Below, in pieces: positions 19,514 through 27,443 of a stretch of DNA of 27,991 nucleotides (position 1 is its first letter; the number at the start of each line of letters is the position of its first letter). The notes under the pieces are model-generated. The model did not search any database, was not told the origin of the DNA, and saw only the letters and a program-made list of their open reading frames with translations. Both the position numbers and the translations under genes were made by a program. Source of the stretch: Oligoflexus sp. (GTDB taxonomy: Bacteria > Bdellovibrionota_B > Oligoflexia > Oligoflexales > Oligoflexaceae); contig JBGSTX010000381.1 of NCBI GenBank assembly GCA_041736305.1, forward strand, positions 1 through 27,991, given 5' to 3'.

Positions 19514-19758
19514 TTATTAACTTTCAGAAATTTGTACTTACGTCCTTTGTAGACGTTCACACGATTACAGTAAGCACGCAAGAAAAACAGATCTGATTCG
19601 ATAAGGCGGTCATCTTTAAGACGCTGGCCGATCTCCTTTCGAAGCGGAGTGTCATCAAAACCCCTGTCGAAAATTCGCAGATATCCCGACAAAAGTCCCT
19701 TCGCAGAATCTTGGTCTTTATCTTTATTTTCTTCGAAAACCATCTTAAAGATAGCCAT
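19510..19758 (-). CDS. Small hypothetical protein (possibly a gene fragment)
   Basis: 82-aa ORF filling the gap between the tRNA 3' end and the integrase stop. No recognisable motif. Confidence 0.4.
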   Translation of the reverse strand: MAIFKMVFEENKDKDQDSAKGLLSGYLRIFDRGFDDTPLRKEIGQRLKDDRLIESDLFFLRAYCNRVNVYKGRKYKFLKVNN

Positions 19759-19841
19759 TACAATTCCGACAAAATAAAGTGCAAAGTAGTGGTGCTCCCA
19801 GCCAGACTTGAACTGGCACGACCTTACGGTCGCAAGATTTT

Positions 19842-20089
19842 CTTACCACTTCGACTTTCGCAGCCTCTTCTTAACGAAGAGTTCGTGGTCTGGACTTTCT
19901 CTTGACCATCGCCTTGAGGCATTAGGTCCGCGCCGTCAAGTCTCTACACTTTCATCACCGCTAGTGTGATGCTTAGCTCGGGATTGTCATCGCCTTGAAG
20001 CGTTAAGAGTTCCCCGAATTTGACGCGTTCTACTCCAAGCGTTTCCACTTGGGCACTCCGTGATTACAGCGAAAATGGCTGTAATATCA
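19842..20089 (-). ncRNA. Group I self-splicing intron (IC3-like), 248 nt, no ORF
   Basis: Inserted after the first anticodon U and ends in G. P1 ACUU/GAGU has a U.G pair at the splice site. P AAATTCGGGGAA, Q AATCCCGAGC, R GTGTAGAGACTTGACGG, S AAGAGAAAGTCC. P3 CGCGTC/GGCGCG, P2 capped by GAAA, P9.0 ACCAC/GTGGT. Confidence 0.95.
19927..20034. repeat. 108-bp perfect direct repeat, copy B (inside the intact intron)
   Basis: Identical to 16318-16425. Confidence 0.97.
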
Positions 20090-20160
20090 AAGTCTTGTGT
20101 GTCTACCGATTCCACCATGAGAGCATTCTATCGAATCTGTCATCTAAGTCCAAAAAGAGA

Positions 20161-20976
20161 CTAAGTCATCTTTTCTCGTTCAGAGGAATTTAAAAGTAAA
20201 GATTTTTCGAACTCTCGACAAGTCCTATCACCGCGCAGAGCCTTTTTCCTGGCCCTAAAAACAAGCCCCGGAAGAAGTGGCAGAGCAAAAAGCAGCCAAT
20301 TTAAGCCAGACGAGGCACCCCCTACGCCGAGAGTACCGCAGGAAATCAGTTCCCGCGGAGCTTTGACAGTAGCATCAGGGTAGAGGTAAATAAGTCCGGC
20401 CTCGTCATCTAGGCCGAGCTCAAGATCCCGCGATTCCCGCGCATAGCTCATCGCCGCTTTATAATCGCTATGATTATGGCCGAGCCCAAGGCAGTGACCC
20501 AACTCATGCATCAGCGTGAAAGCCAAACTCTCCGCCCTCGACCCGCGCTCCGACACTGCAATATCGCAGTCGGCAATCAGCGCATCACTCAACTCGGGTT
20601 TTGCATAAGCCGACGTTGTCAGATTCGTCGAAGAAGCTACGATGGAATTCACCCCATCTTCCCCATCCAAGCTTGCGCCATCGCCTAGCTCGGCGCGCAG
20701 CTCAAGATAAGATCCGTTCACATTATTCCACTCACCCATAGCGATCCGAATCAAAGCCAACCAATAAGCTGAGTCACTCAAGAGTTGACTAGCCCCGGCA
20801 GCAAACTCATCTTTTTCATAAATAGGCGGTGGCGAAGGACTCACCAAAAAAGTAAGCACTGGCTGTTCAAGACTCACCGGCAAACGAGCTTCTCTCGCAC
20901 CAGAAAGCAGGACAAAGCAGAAGGCTGGGGAAGCAATAAGAGACAGGCCGAGCACGAGCAAAGTCTTCAAAACCAT
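20161..20976 (-). CDS. Matrixin (M10-like) metzincin metalloprotease with C-terminal membrane anchor
   Basis: HELGHCLGLGH zinc motif, Met-turn AAMSY, signal peptide, C-terminal SCG-Gly/Ser linker-TM-basic tail. Confidence 0.88.
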   Translation of the reverse strand: MVLKTLLVLGLSLIASPAFCFVLLSGAREARLPVSLEQPVLTFLVSPSPPPIYEKDEFAAGASQLLSDSAYWLALIRIAMGEWNNVNGSYLELRAELGDGASLDGEDGVNSIVASSTNLTTSAYAKPELSDALIADCDIAVSERGSRAESLAFTLMHELGHCLGLGHNHSDYKAAMSYARESRDLELGLDDEAGLIYLYPDATVKAPRELISCGTLGVGGASSGLNWLLFALPLLPGLVFRARKKALRGDRTCREFEKSLLLNSSEREKMT

Positions 20977-21410
20977 TTGATACCCCCCAGTCTCAAGGCA
21001 TAGGGGCTCACAACACGCCCGGCGCCAAAGCCAAGACCCTGATTAATCTCGACGGAAAAACAAGCGAGCCAGCTGATGCAGCCACCTTCATAGCCAAAGC
21101 CAGCGTAAGGACCGAACCCGACTCCCGACACACTGAATATCAATCCCCCGCCGAGGCTGAAATAGGCTCCACCCTTCAGACGGCTTCGCTGCGCCAGTGC
21201 TAGGGCTGTCAGAGACGCATCCATCTGCAAGCCTTTATTCGTGACGTAAGATAGGCCCAGATCCCCAAAGGAAGGAGGAATCGAGACCGGATTGGGACCA
21301 CCCCCGCCGATTCCCGGAGGCCCTAAGCGCATAGCCAAGGCCCCCGCTTGAGCACGGCCCGACCCAGCACAAAAGGCAAGTAAGAGCAGTGCCCGGCTGA
21401 AACTTTTCAT
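20967..21410 (-). CDS. Hypothetical small outer-membrane beta-barrel-like protein
   Basis: The likely start at 21410 (MKSFSRALLL) overlaps the upstream stop as ATGA. Signal peptide, alternating Gly/aromatic strands, C-terminal WF. Confidence 0.7.
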   Translation of the reverse strand: MKSFSRALLLLAFCAGSGRAQAGALAMRLGPPGIGGGGPNPVSIPPSFGDLGLSYVTNKGLQMDASLTALALAQRSRLKGGAYFSLGGGLIFSVSGVGFGPYAGFGYEGGCISWLACFSVEINQGLGFGAGRVVSPYALRLGGIKWF

Positions 21411-21940
21411 TTGAATCGCCATCCCATACCCAAGTTGAAGCTTTGTTTTCGTGCCGTCGCGAGAAAAATCCCCGCGACCCCAGCCGGGAATAGCGAGGAG
21501 CCCCATTCAGCCGTTACGAATAATTTGCTGCTCGATTGCCAGGCTATGCCTAAGCTAAGGCCTACATTGGTGTTGGTCGCGGAGCTCGGACGCTCATCGC
21601 CCTCAAGTCGCTTTACCGTCGTCGACTCTGAGGCTAGAGCCAGTCCCACTCGACCCAAGAGCAATTTGAAAAGGGGAAACTGGCGTGAGAAGGTGAGCAG
21701 GTGGGTAGTCTGTGTCACCGGCTTTTGCACGCGCCCGTAGGTCTCTAGCTGCAGCACCCAACGATCAGCAAAAAGGCCTTGCACCCAAAAAGCTGGACGG
21801 AAGCGTTCGTCCGTCTCTTCAATTGCACCCAAGCCCAAACTGAAACCCTGCGCAGCTTCTAGACGAAAACTCGCTAGACAGATAAGACTCAAGATCAGCG
21901 AAAACAAAAGCCGATAGCAATTCGAAAGGCGATAGAACAT
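21407..21940 (-). CDS. Hypothetical small outer-membrane beta-barrel-like protein
   Basis: Signal peptide, amphipathic strands, C-terminal FNLGMGWRF beta-signal-like motif. Confidence 0.7.
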   Translation of the reverse strand: MFYRLSNCYRLLFSLILSLICLASFRLEAAQGFSLGLGAIEETDERFRPAFWVQGLFADRWVLQLETYGRVQKPVTQTTHLLTFSRQFPLFKLLLGRVGLALASESTTVKRLEGDERPSSATNTNVGLSLGIAWQSSSKLFVTAEWGSSLFPAGVAGIFLATARKQSFNLGMGWRFK

Positions 21941-21980
21941 ACGAGCCTTTTCTTAGATAAATAGCTTTAGGACATGCCGG

Positions 21981-22985
21981 ATGAATCGAGATCGCAGCGA
22001 ACTACAGGCCCTGAGAATCTCCGAAATACGTAGCAGCATCACAGAATTCAGCCTCTATCTCGATACTGGTAACGATATTATCCCCTATGCCACCAGTCGA
22101 CACCAGTGGTCGCTGCCCGAGCGCATGAAACTCGTTCAAAATGGACAATTCGTCATTCTCTACGCGAGGCAAGACCAGGAGCGAGTGCGGCAGCATCTGA
22201 CGAGCACAGCTGAAGAACCCTGGCCTTACCGCGGGAAAGAAGCTAGCGTTCAGTTCCTCATCGCCGACGGCATCGCCGAATTCATCAAGACCCGTTACTG
22301 CTTTCCCTTTCAAAAGAACCACTTCGAAATTTTCCAAGGCCTCGTTCAGCGCCTCTATCAGTACCTGTCCCAGCACTCCCGTTTGCATGAACTGCTGTGG
22401 CAGCTCACCCAGCACGATACTCATACATTCTACCACGCTGCACGCGTTGCTGCTTACGCGGTGGGTACCGCTTCATTCCTCGAAGTTTCTAAAAGCACAA
22501 GGCTCTGGGAGCTGGCCTTGGGTGCGTTTCTTCACGATATGGGGCATCTCTCGGTGGATTCCAGCCTACTTAAGTGCCCAGGGCCCCTCCTCCGAAAAGA
22601 TTGGTACCAGATCGAGAGGCATCCTGACGAAACGCTACGACTCCTTAGCCAGGTTTCACTTAACCCTTACGTTCTAGAACTCGCCATCCATCACCATGAA
22701 CGAATGGATGGGAGCGGCTATCCCCATCGTCTGGCAGGCGCAGAACTCCCCCTCGACGTCCGCCTGCTGAGCTTTGTCGAAGTTTTCACGGCCCTTACCA
22801 GTCCAAGGCCCTACCAGGCACCCTCCTCGTCGAACAAGGCCATTAAGTTTATGCAGGAGAAGCTCAGCCAGCGGATCGATCTGAGCCTCGTCGAGCCCTT
22901 TCAGGCCCTCTTGGGCTACGCTAAAGCCGAAAGAAGTCAGTTGAAAGCCCAGGAAGTGCTTTCCGCCTCCCTAGCGATCGTTTAA
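21981..22985 (+). CDS. HD-GYP domain protein (partly degenerate)
   Basis: HTFYHAARVA, LHDMGH, RHP, HHERMDGSGYP, RPY. Confidence 0.88.
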   Translation: MNRDRSELQALRISEIRSSITEFSLYLDTGNDIIPYATSRHQWSLPERMKLVQNGQFVILYARQDQERVRQHLTSTAEEPWPYRGKEASVQFLIADGIAEFIKTRYCFPFQKNHFEIFQGLVQRLYQYLSQHSRLHELLWQLTQHDTHTFYHAARVAAYAVGTASFLEVSKSTRLWELALGAFLHDMGHLSVDSSLLKCPGPLLRKDWYQIERHPDETLRLLSQVSLNPYVLELAIHHHERMDGSGYPHRLAGAELPLDVRLLSFVEVFTALTSPRPYQAPSSSNKAIKFMQEKLSQRIDLSLVEPFQALLGYAKAERSQLKAQEVLSASLAIV

Positions 22986-23015
22986 AATGCGGCTCTAGAC
23001 CTTAAGGAGGCCGCT

Positions 23016-23729
23016 GTGCTGCACAGAATTTTGCTCGCTTTAGTGGCTCTATCCATTGCCCCCTATAGTCCCGCACAGGTCAACCCAGCCAAAGATGAGG
23101 AGACTTCCACCCCCGACCTTGACGAGCAAGATTTGCGCGAGGCACTCGATTTTTCCCAAAAAGAGCAGCGCGATAGCTTCGACTATGGAGTGGGTCTCAA
23201 TATTGGGCCTATCCAACCCTGGACCGATTGGGGAACTAGTTTCCTATGGAAGCAGAAGTATGGGATCGCGAGCTTTAGCGTAGGTATCGGGAGTTTTGAT
23301 TTCTCTGATAATTACAGGGATAGGAACTTCCAGGTTACAGTCGATAGCCAAAGCGCAGCTTATAGCCAACGTTTTTTTCCTCTGGGATTTGGGCCAATCT
23401 ATTTGGAACCGACAGCTGGTCTAACGCACTGGAAAGGCGATATACAGCCGCAGGGTGATGACCCGCTCCTAGACGAACTGACAAGCGCGCTCAGTTCCCG
23501 ATATGATCTTCACGGCGTATCGCTTGGTGTCAACCTAGGGCTGATGTGGATTTTTTCCAACCGCATTTTTCTTGATTACAATTTGATCGGTATCAACAAG
23601 GCTTTTTTCTTCAAAGAGTACTATTCGGTCAATACCGGAGAAGCCCGCGCCAACATCCGTCGTCAGATCTCGCGACCCTTGAGTTTCTCTAACGCTCACA
23701 TCCGCGTTGGCTGGTCCTGGAACATCTGA
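23016..23729 (+). CDS. Hypothetical outer-membrane beta-barrel-like protein
   Basis: AAGGAGG RBS, signal peptide, amphipathic strands, C-terminal IRVGWSW. Confidence 0.7.
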   Translation: MLHRILLALVALSIAPYSPAQVNPAKDEETSTPDLDEQDLREALDFSQKEQRDSFDYGVGLNIGPIQPWTDWGTSFLWKQKYGIASFSVGIGSFDFSDNYRDRNFQVTVDSQSAAYSQRFFPLGFGPIYLEPTAGLTHWKGDIQPQGDDPLLDELTSALSSRYDLHGVSLGVNLGLMWIFSNRIFLDYNLIGINKAFFFKEYYSVNTGEARANIRRQISRPLSFSNAHIRVGWSWNI

Positions 23730-23733
23730 GGCG

Positions 23734-24693
23734 TTACCTTCTCGTGGCGAGCTTAGGCCCTAGCGAGAGCTTCTGCTCCTGAAAGCGGGCCAAATCATCC
23801 TCGGCCGCGAGCAGCATATCCTGGATACTGCGTTGGTTCATCTTGTCGGCGTCGGAAGTGCAGCAGCCAAAGCTAAGTTCAATGGAGATCCGATCGTGAT
23901 CGAGTCCATAGAGGTGTTGCGTTACAGCCTTAAGAATACGTTCGCGTAGAAAATCGCAACCGTCGGGCTTCGTCTCTGGCAGTATAATGAGGAACTCACC
24001 GCCCCATGAACGACCGACGATATCGTCAGCACGCGTCAGATGAAGGAGCTCATTGCCAAGTTGCTGCAGGAGTTTGATGCAGTAAACCGGTCCTTTGATA
24101 TGAGAGAGATCACGAAAATTGTCGATCACCATCATCATCACGGAAAGGGGGAGCTTGAAGCGTTCAGCATGACGAAATTCTTTTTCGAAGCGACTATTGA
24201 TATAGGCAAGATTGTAAAGCCTGGTGATACTATCCTGGTCTTCAAGTTCTCGAATCGTTTCCTTGGTCTGACTCAACTTCATAATGAGAGAGTTAGACTT
24301 ATCATTGAGAAATTTGAGCTTTATGAGGAGAGTGACGCGTCCGACTAAATCTTGGCGAATATGCTCGACTCTACAAACTGAATCGGCCCCGGATTCTGCC
24401 TGCATCTCTTCAAGATCGGCATTTTTAGAGCTCGCGACCAAGAGGATCGCATAATAGTGGGGAGCTGCCTGATCATTGCGAATCCACTGGGATAATTCTG
24501 TGCCCGGGATGCTAGGAAGCTTCTCATCGATAATCACGACGTCGGGTTCAAAATCATCGATGCAGTCGATAGCTGTCTCAGCTGTAAGAGCTGTTTCAGT
24601 CTGAAAGGAAGTCAGCTGGGTCTCATAGTGCATGAGGGATTCAGCGGAGCCTGCGACGATCAAGACTTTTCCACGCTTGCCTTTGCCTGCCAT
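23734..24693 (-). CDS. Receiver domain plus degenerate GGDEF domain protein
   Basis: REC-like PDVVIIDEKLPSIPG, DSITRLYN linker, RxxD (RADD) followed by WGGEF. Likely start 24693, whereas the track ORF extends to 24771. Confidence 0.85.
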   Translation of the reverse strand: MAGKGKRGKVLIVAGSAESLMHYETQLTSFQTETALTAETAIDCIDDFEPDVVIIDEKLPSIPGTELSQWIRNDQAAPHYYAILLVASSKNADLEEMQAESGADSVCRVEHIRQDLVGRVTLLIKLKFLNDKSNSLIMKLSQTKETIRELEDQDSITRLYNLAYINSRFEKEFRHAERFKLPLSVMMMVIDNFRDLSHIKGPVYCIKLLQQLGNELLHLTRADDIVGRSWGGEFLIILPETKPDGCDFLRERILKAVTQHLYGLDHDRISIELSFGCCTSDADKMNQRSIQDMLLAAEDDLARFQEQKLSLGPKLATRR

Positions 24694-25037
24694 ACGACTT
24701 TCTCGCTCTACAAGTATACTGTCGACCGACTGCTCAGCTGAGCACGAGGAGCTATCGGCGTCTTTTGGCAAAAACGTAAAAGCATATCACTCCAAAGCAC
24801 CCAAAAGCCCAAGGATGCAGGCTTAGCCGCGGAAATCAAAGGGATAAAGATTTGGTGTTTTAAGAGGTTTTTGACCTGAGGAACCCACTCCAATGGCTCA
24901 AAGCTCCCAAGAGGCTTAAACGTCCGGGTGAAATGCGGGGCCAAATTGAAGTTTTATTAAAGATTTTTCCCGAACTAGCCGATGAAACAAGGATAGGGGA
25001 TTTTGATCAGTTGTTGGCTATCAAAAAGGGGATGGTA

Positions 25038-26138
25038 ATGATTCGTAAAGGTTTAAAAACCATTGTAGTCCTAGCAATCGGGGCTGCAACTCATTATAGT
25101 TGCGGTGCGCCCACTGCACCGACCAGTACGACCAATTATGGAACTACAGGTCCAGCTGGAGAACAGGATCCAGGTGCGACGGATTCAGTTAAGACCCCCG
25201 GGAAAACTACGTCAGGAACTGGAACGGGCAGCAATGTGCCAACTGCCGCGCAGCTAGCCAAGTCCAGCGAATTCTTTCTCAATAAAGTGCAGCCGCTCTT
25301 CAAAGGTCTGCCCTGCAGCGATTGCCATAACGCTCCGCGAAACCTCAAAGATCCGAAGGTCGATGGCGGGACGGGCATTCTAGAACATAACAAGATGTTT
25401 GCATTTCTAAAAGACGGCAAGGGCGCCAACGACAATAAGCTTATCAACAAGCTCCTCGGTACTATCGTGCACACAGGCGGCAAGCAGTGCAAAGACGAAG
25501 CCGCCCAGCCCTGCGCTACGATCAAAGAATGGTATAAAACTGTCTTCGGTGACGGTGTTTTGAGTCTCGGCAAGATTGAAGGCGTAAACCGCGAAGGCGT
25601 TATCGCGGGCTGGGCGGGAAATATCGATGCGACCACGACGGCCTATGAGATTAAGCTCTTCCTCGATGGCGACAAGGCCACGGGCGTGGCTCTGCCCAAT
25701 ACAATGGCTAATCTAGATGCTTATGATAACGGCCTTTCAGGTCCTCACGCGTTTAGTGTCAAGCTACCCCCTGCTTTGATCGATGGTAAACCCCACAAGA
25801 TTTGGGCCTACACCACTCATAACGGTACAGAAGTAATGCTGGCTGGATCACCTTTCAGCTTCCAGGCTTTTAAGCCCAAGGGCTCGTCGACTAACTTCAA
25901 CGCGATTGGCTTTAATGGTTGTAACGGCGCCTGCCATACCTTTACCTATGAAACCCGCTGGGGCACTATGCTTGGCAATGGTATGGACGGCAGTTGGACC
26001 GCGACCAGCAATGCAGCCTATGACAAGATCTCTGGCAGACTCGGACATGGCGGTCCTGGGCTACCCGGGGGTTTGAGTGTTGCTGCGCTTCAAGCTTGGT
26101 TTACGGAAGAGTTCGGAACTCCAGTAGCTAATCCCTAA
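25038..26138 (+). CDS. Lipoprotein c-type cytochrome with two heme domains
   Basis: AAGGGG RBS before ATG 25038, lipoprotein-like YSC, Thr/Gly/Pro-rich linker, CSDCH and CNGACH motifs. Confidence 0.75.
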   Translation: MIRKGLKTIVVLAIGAATHYSCGAPTAPTSTTNYGTTGPAGEQDPGATDSVKTPGKTTSGTGTGSNVPTAAQLAKSSEFFLNKVQPLFKGLPCSDCHNAPRNLKDPKVDGGTGILEHNKMFAFLKDGKGANDNKLINKLLGTIVHTGGKQCKDEAAQPCATIKEWYKTVFGDGVLSLGKIEGVNREGVIAGWAGNIDATTTAYEIKLFLDGDKATGVALPNTMANLDAYDNGLSGPHAFSVKLPPALIDGKPHKIWAYTTHNGTEVMLAGSPFSFQAFKPKGSSTNFNAIGFNGCNGACHTFTYETRWGTMLGNGMDGSWTATSNAAYDKISGRLGHGGPGLPGGLSVAALQAWFTEEFGTPVANP

Positions 26139-26146
26139 GATCCGGC

Positions 26147-26176
26147 AAACAAGAGGAGCACAACTCCTCTTGTTTT
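26147..26176. terminator. Probable bidirectional intrinsic terminator
   Basis: 12-bp perfect stem AAACAAGAGGAG-cacaa-CTCCTCTTGTTT between convergent genes. Confidence 0.8.
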
Positions 26177-26182
26177 CAAGTT

Positions 26183-26623
26183 TTACTGCCAGGGTCGGAC
26201 TATGACCATAGTCACGATAATAATCATGAGCAAAGTCGGAACTTCATTCAAATAGCGCAAGGTCTTGCCGCGGGGTAAGTCGGCGCTTTTTTGTACCTGC
26301 TCCACAAGTTTCCAAGCGTATATCGTACTTGCTGTAAGCAGTACGACCGACGTGAGTTTGACGTGAAACCAAGGCAGTTGGAACAGCCCTGGATTGAGCG
26401 CGATCATGCTCAGACCTGCGAGCCAGGAAACGACCATAGCTGGTATCGTAATTGCCTTGAGGAGGCGGCGACTCATCGTCTTCAAGAGATCTTCGACCTG
26501 TGCATTCTCTTGGCGTCGTTCGGCAGCGTAGATCAAAAGACGGTAGAGATAAAGTATGCCGGCCATCCAACTGATAATGGCGATCACATGCAAAGCCAAG
26601 ATAGGTCGGTACCACTCAAGCAT
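26183..26623 (-). CDS. hemJ: Protoporphyrinogen IX oxidase HemJ (UPF0093)
   Basis: ALHVIAIISWMAGILYLYRL, ITIPAM, WFHVKL, LRYLNEVPTLLMIIIV...VRP. Confidence 0.88.
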   Translation of the reverse strand: MLEWYRPILALHVIAIISWMAGILYLYRLLIYAAERRQENAQVEDLLKTMSRRLLKAITIPAMVVSWLAGLSMIALNPGLFQLPWFHVKLTSVVLLTASTIYAWKLVEQVQKSADLPRGKTLRYLNEVPTLLMIIIVTMVIVRPWQ

Positions 26624-27443
26624 TCTGCGCGTCTCCTTTTTGAAGCAAAAGCGAGCCTCCGGAAAGACTTTGTAGACGGGATAAGCAATCGCGGCTGATG
26701 CAGTCGAGGGGATGCTGCTGGCGCAGCTTGGCGATTTTGCGCGAAATCGAGGCTTTCACGCTGAAATCTGCGGCCGCATCGTTCAATTGCCGGCAGTCGC
26801 CATCGAGCCGCAGGTCGACCCATAGGAAGGCTTCAGCGTTATAAGCTCGCTGAACAATATATTCGAAAGTCTCTGCCGTGGCTGGATCCCAGAGCTTTTC
26901 CACCTGTTCGACGAACCAGGCCGCTTGTCCCCCAGACTCCGCGGTGAAGGCAGCCAAGTTCTTGGGGTCCACATTCTGCAAGTTGATTACTCTGGTCTCT
27001 ACCCCAAAGCGCCACACCGAAGCGAGAGCTTTCGACCAGAGAACGGATGGAGAAGCGGAACCAGAAGCCTGCGCCCGGGTTGTCTGCATAGTCAGGGTCG
27101 CGGGAGCTTGGTCATGGCGGAAGACTGCCGCCAGCTCCTGGAGAATTTGTCCTCCGACTTGAGGAGATACCTGTTGAGGACTGCGCGTCGCCTTCGGCCA
27201 CTGCCGTCGAAACTGCTGAACGAGGCCTTGCACCCGCTTGAGCCGCGTCCCTAGTTTGCAGCTTCGATACGCGTATAGATTTTCATCCCAAGCCCCACCT
27301 GCCGCCTGGCAGCAGGGATAGAGACCGCTCTGTGGACTGACACCACCGTCCTCATGAAAAGTCAGGCCCAAAGCCAGACCGTTCAGTAAAGGATTATCGA
27401 GCGTGCTGATCATGCAGCTCGATTGCTGGCCACAAGTGCTCAC
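26616..27443 (-). CDS. Hypothetical protein, possible degenerate DnaC/IstB-like AAA+ paralog
   Basis: Overlaps both neighbours (operon-like). Colinear similarity to the upstream ATPase without intact Walker motifs. Confidence 0.6.
   Translation of the reverse strand: MSTCGQQSSCMISTLDNPLLNGLALGLTFHEDGGVSPQSGLYPCCQAAGGAWDENLYAYRSCKLGTRLKRVQGLVQQFRRQWPKATRSPQQVSPQVGGQILQELAAVFRHDQAPATLTMQTTRAQASGSASPSVLWSKALASVWRFGVETRVINLQNVDPKNLAAFTAESGGQAAWFVEQVEKLWDPATAETFEYIVQRAYNAEAFLWVDLRLDGDCRQLNDAAADFSVKASISRKIAKLRQQHPLDCISRDCLSRLQSLSGGSLLLQKGDAQNA

Larger units (their letters stand above)
16318..20034. mobile_element. Degraded integrative element/genomic island bounded by direct repeats within a tRNA-Leu group I intron
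   Basis: Flanking 108-bp direct repeats, tyrosine recombinase near the tRNA 3' end, IS fragment and AAA+ ATPase cargo. The interior looks more AT-rich by eye (not computed). Confidence 0.65.
19790..20124 (-). tRNA. trnL: tRNA-Leu(UAA), intron-containing; exons 20124-20090 and 19841-19790
   Basis: Spliced product GCTCTCATGGTGGAATCGGTAGACACACAAGACTT|AAAATCTTGCGACCGTAAGGTCGTGCCAGTTCAAGTCTGGCTGGGAGCACCA (87 nt). Acceptor GCTCTCA/TGGGAGC, anticodon stem CAAGA/TCTTG, loop CTTAAAA, long variable arm, T loop TTCAAGT, encoded CCA. Confidence 0.95.

Noticed and set aside
19711-19905. Plus-strand 64-aa ORF
   Set aside because: Antisense to the tRNA 3' exon and intron. There is no homing endonuclease ORF in the intron.
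1-20089. IStron (group I intron fused to tnpB)
   Set aside because: The TnpB-like fragment is at least 16 kb from either intron copy, with no structural link.
20125-20153. TTGGAC-N17-TAGAAT sigma70-like promoter on the minus strand before the tRNA
   Set aside because: The -10 hexamer directly abuts the mature tRNA 5' end, which would put the start site inside the tRNA.
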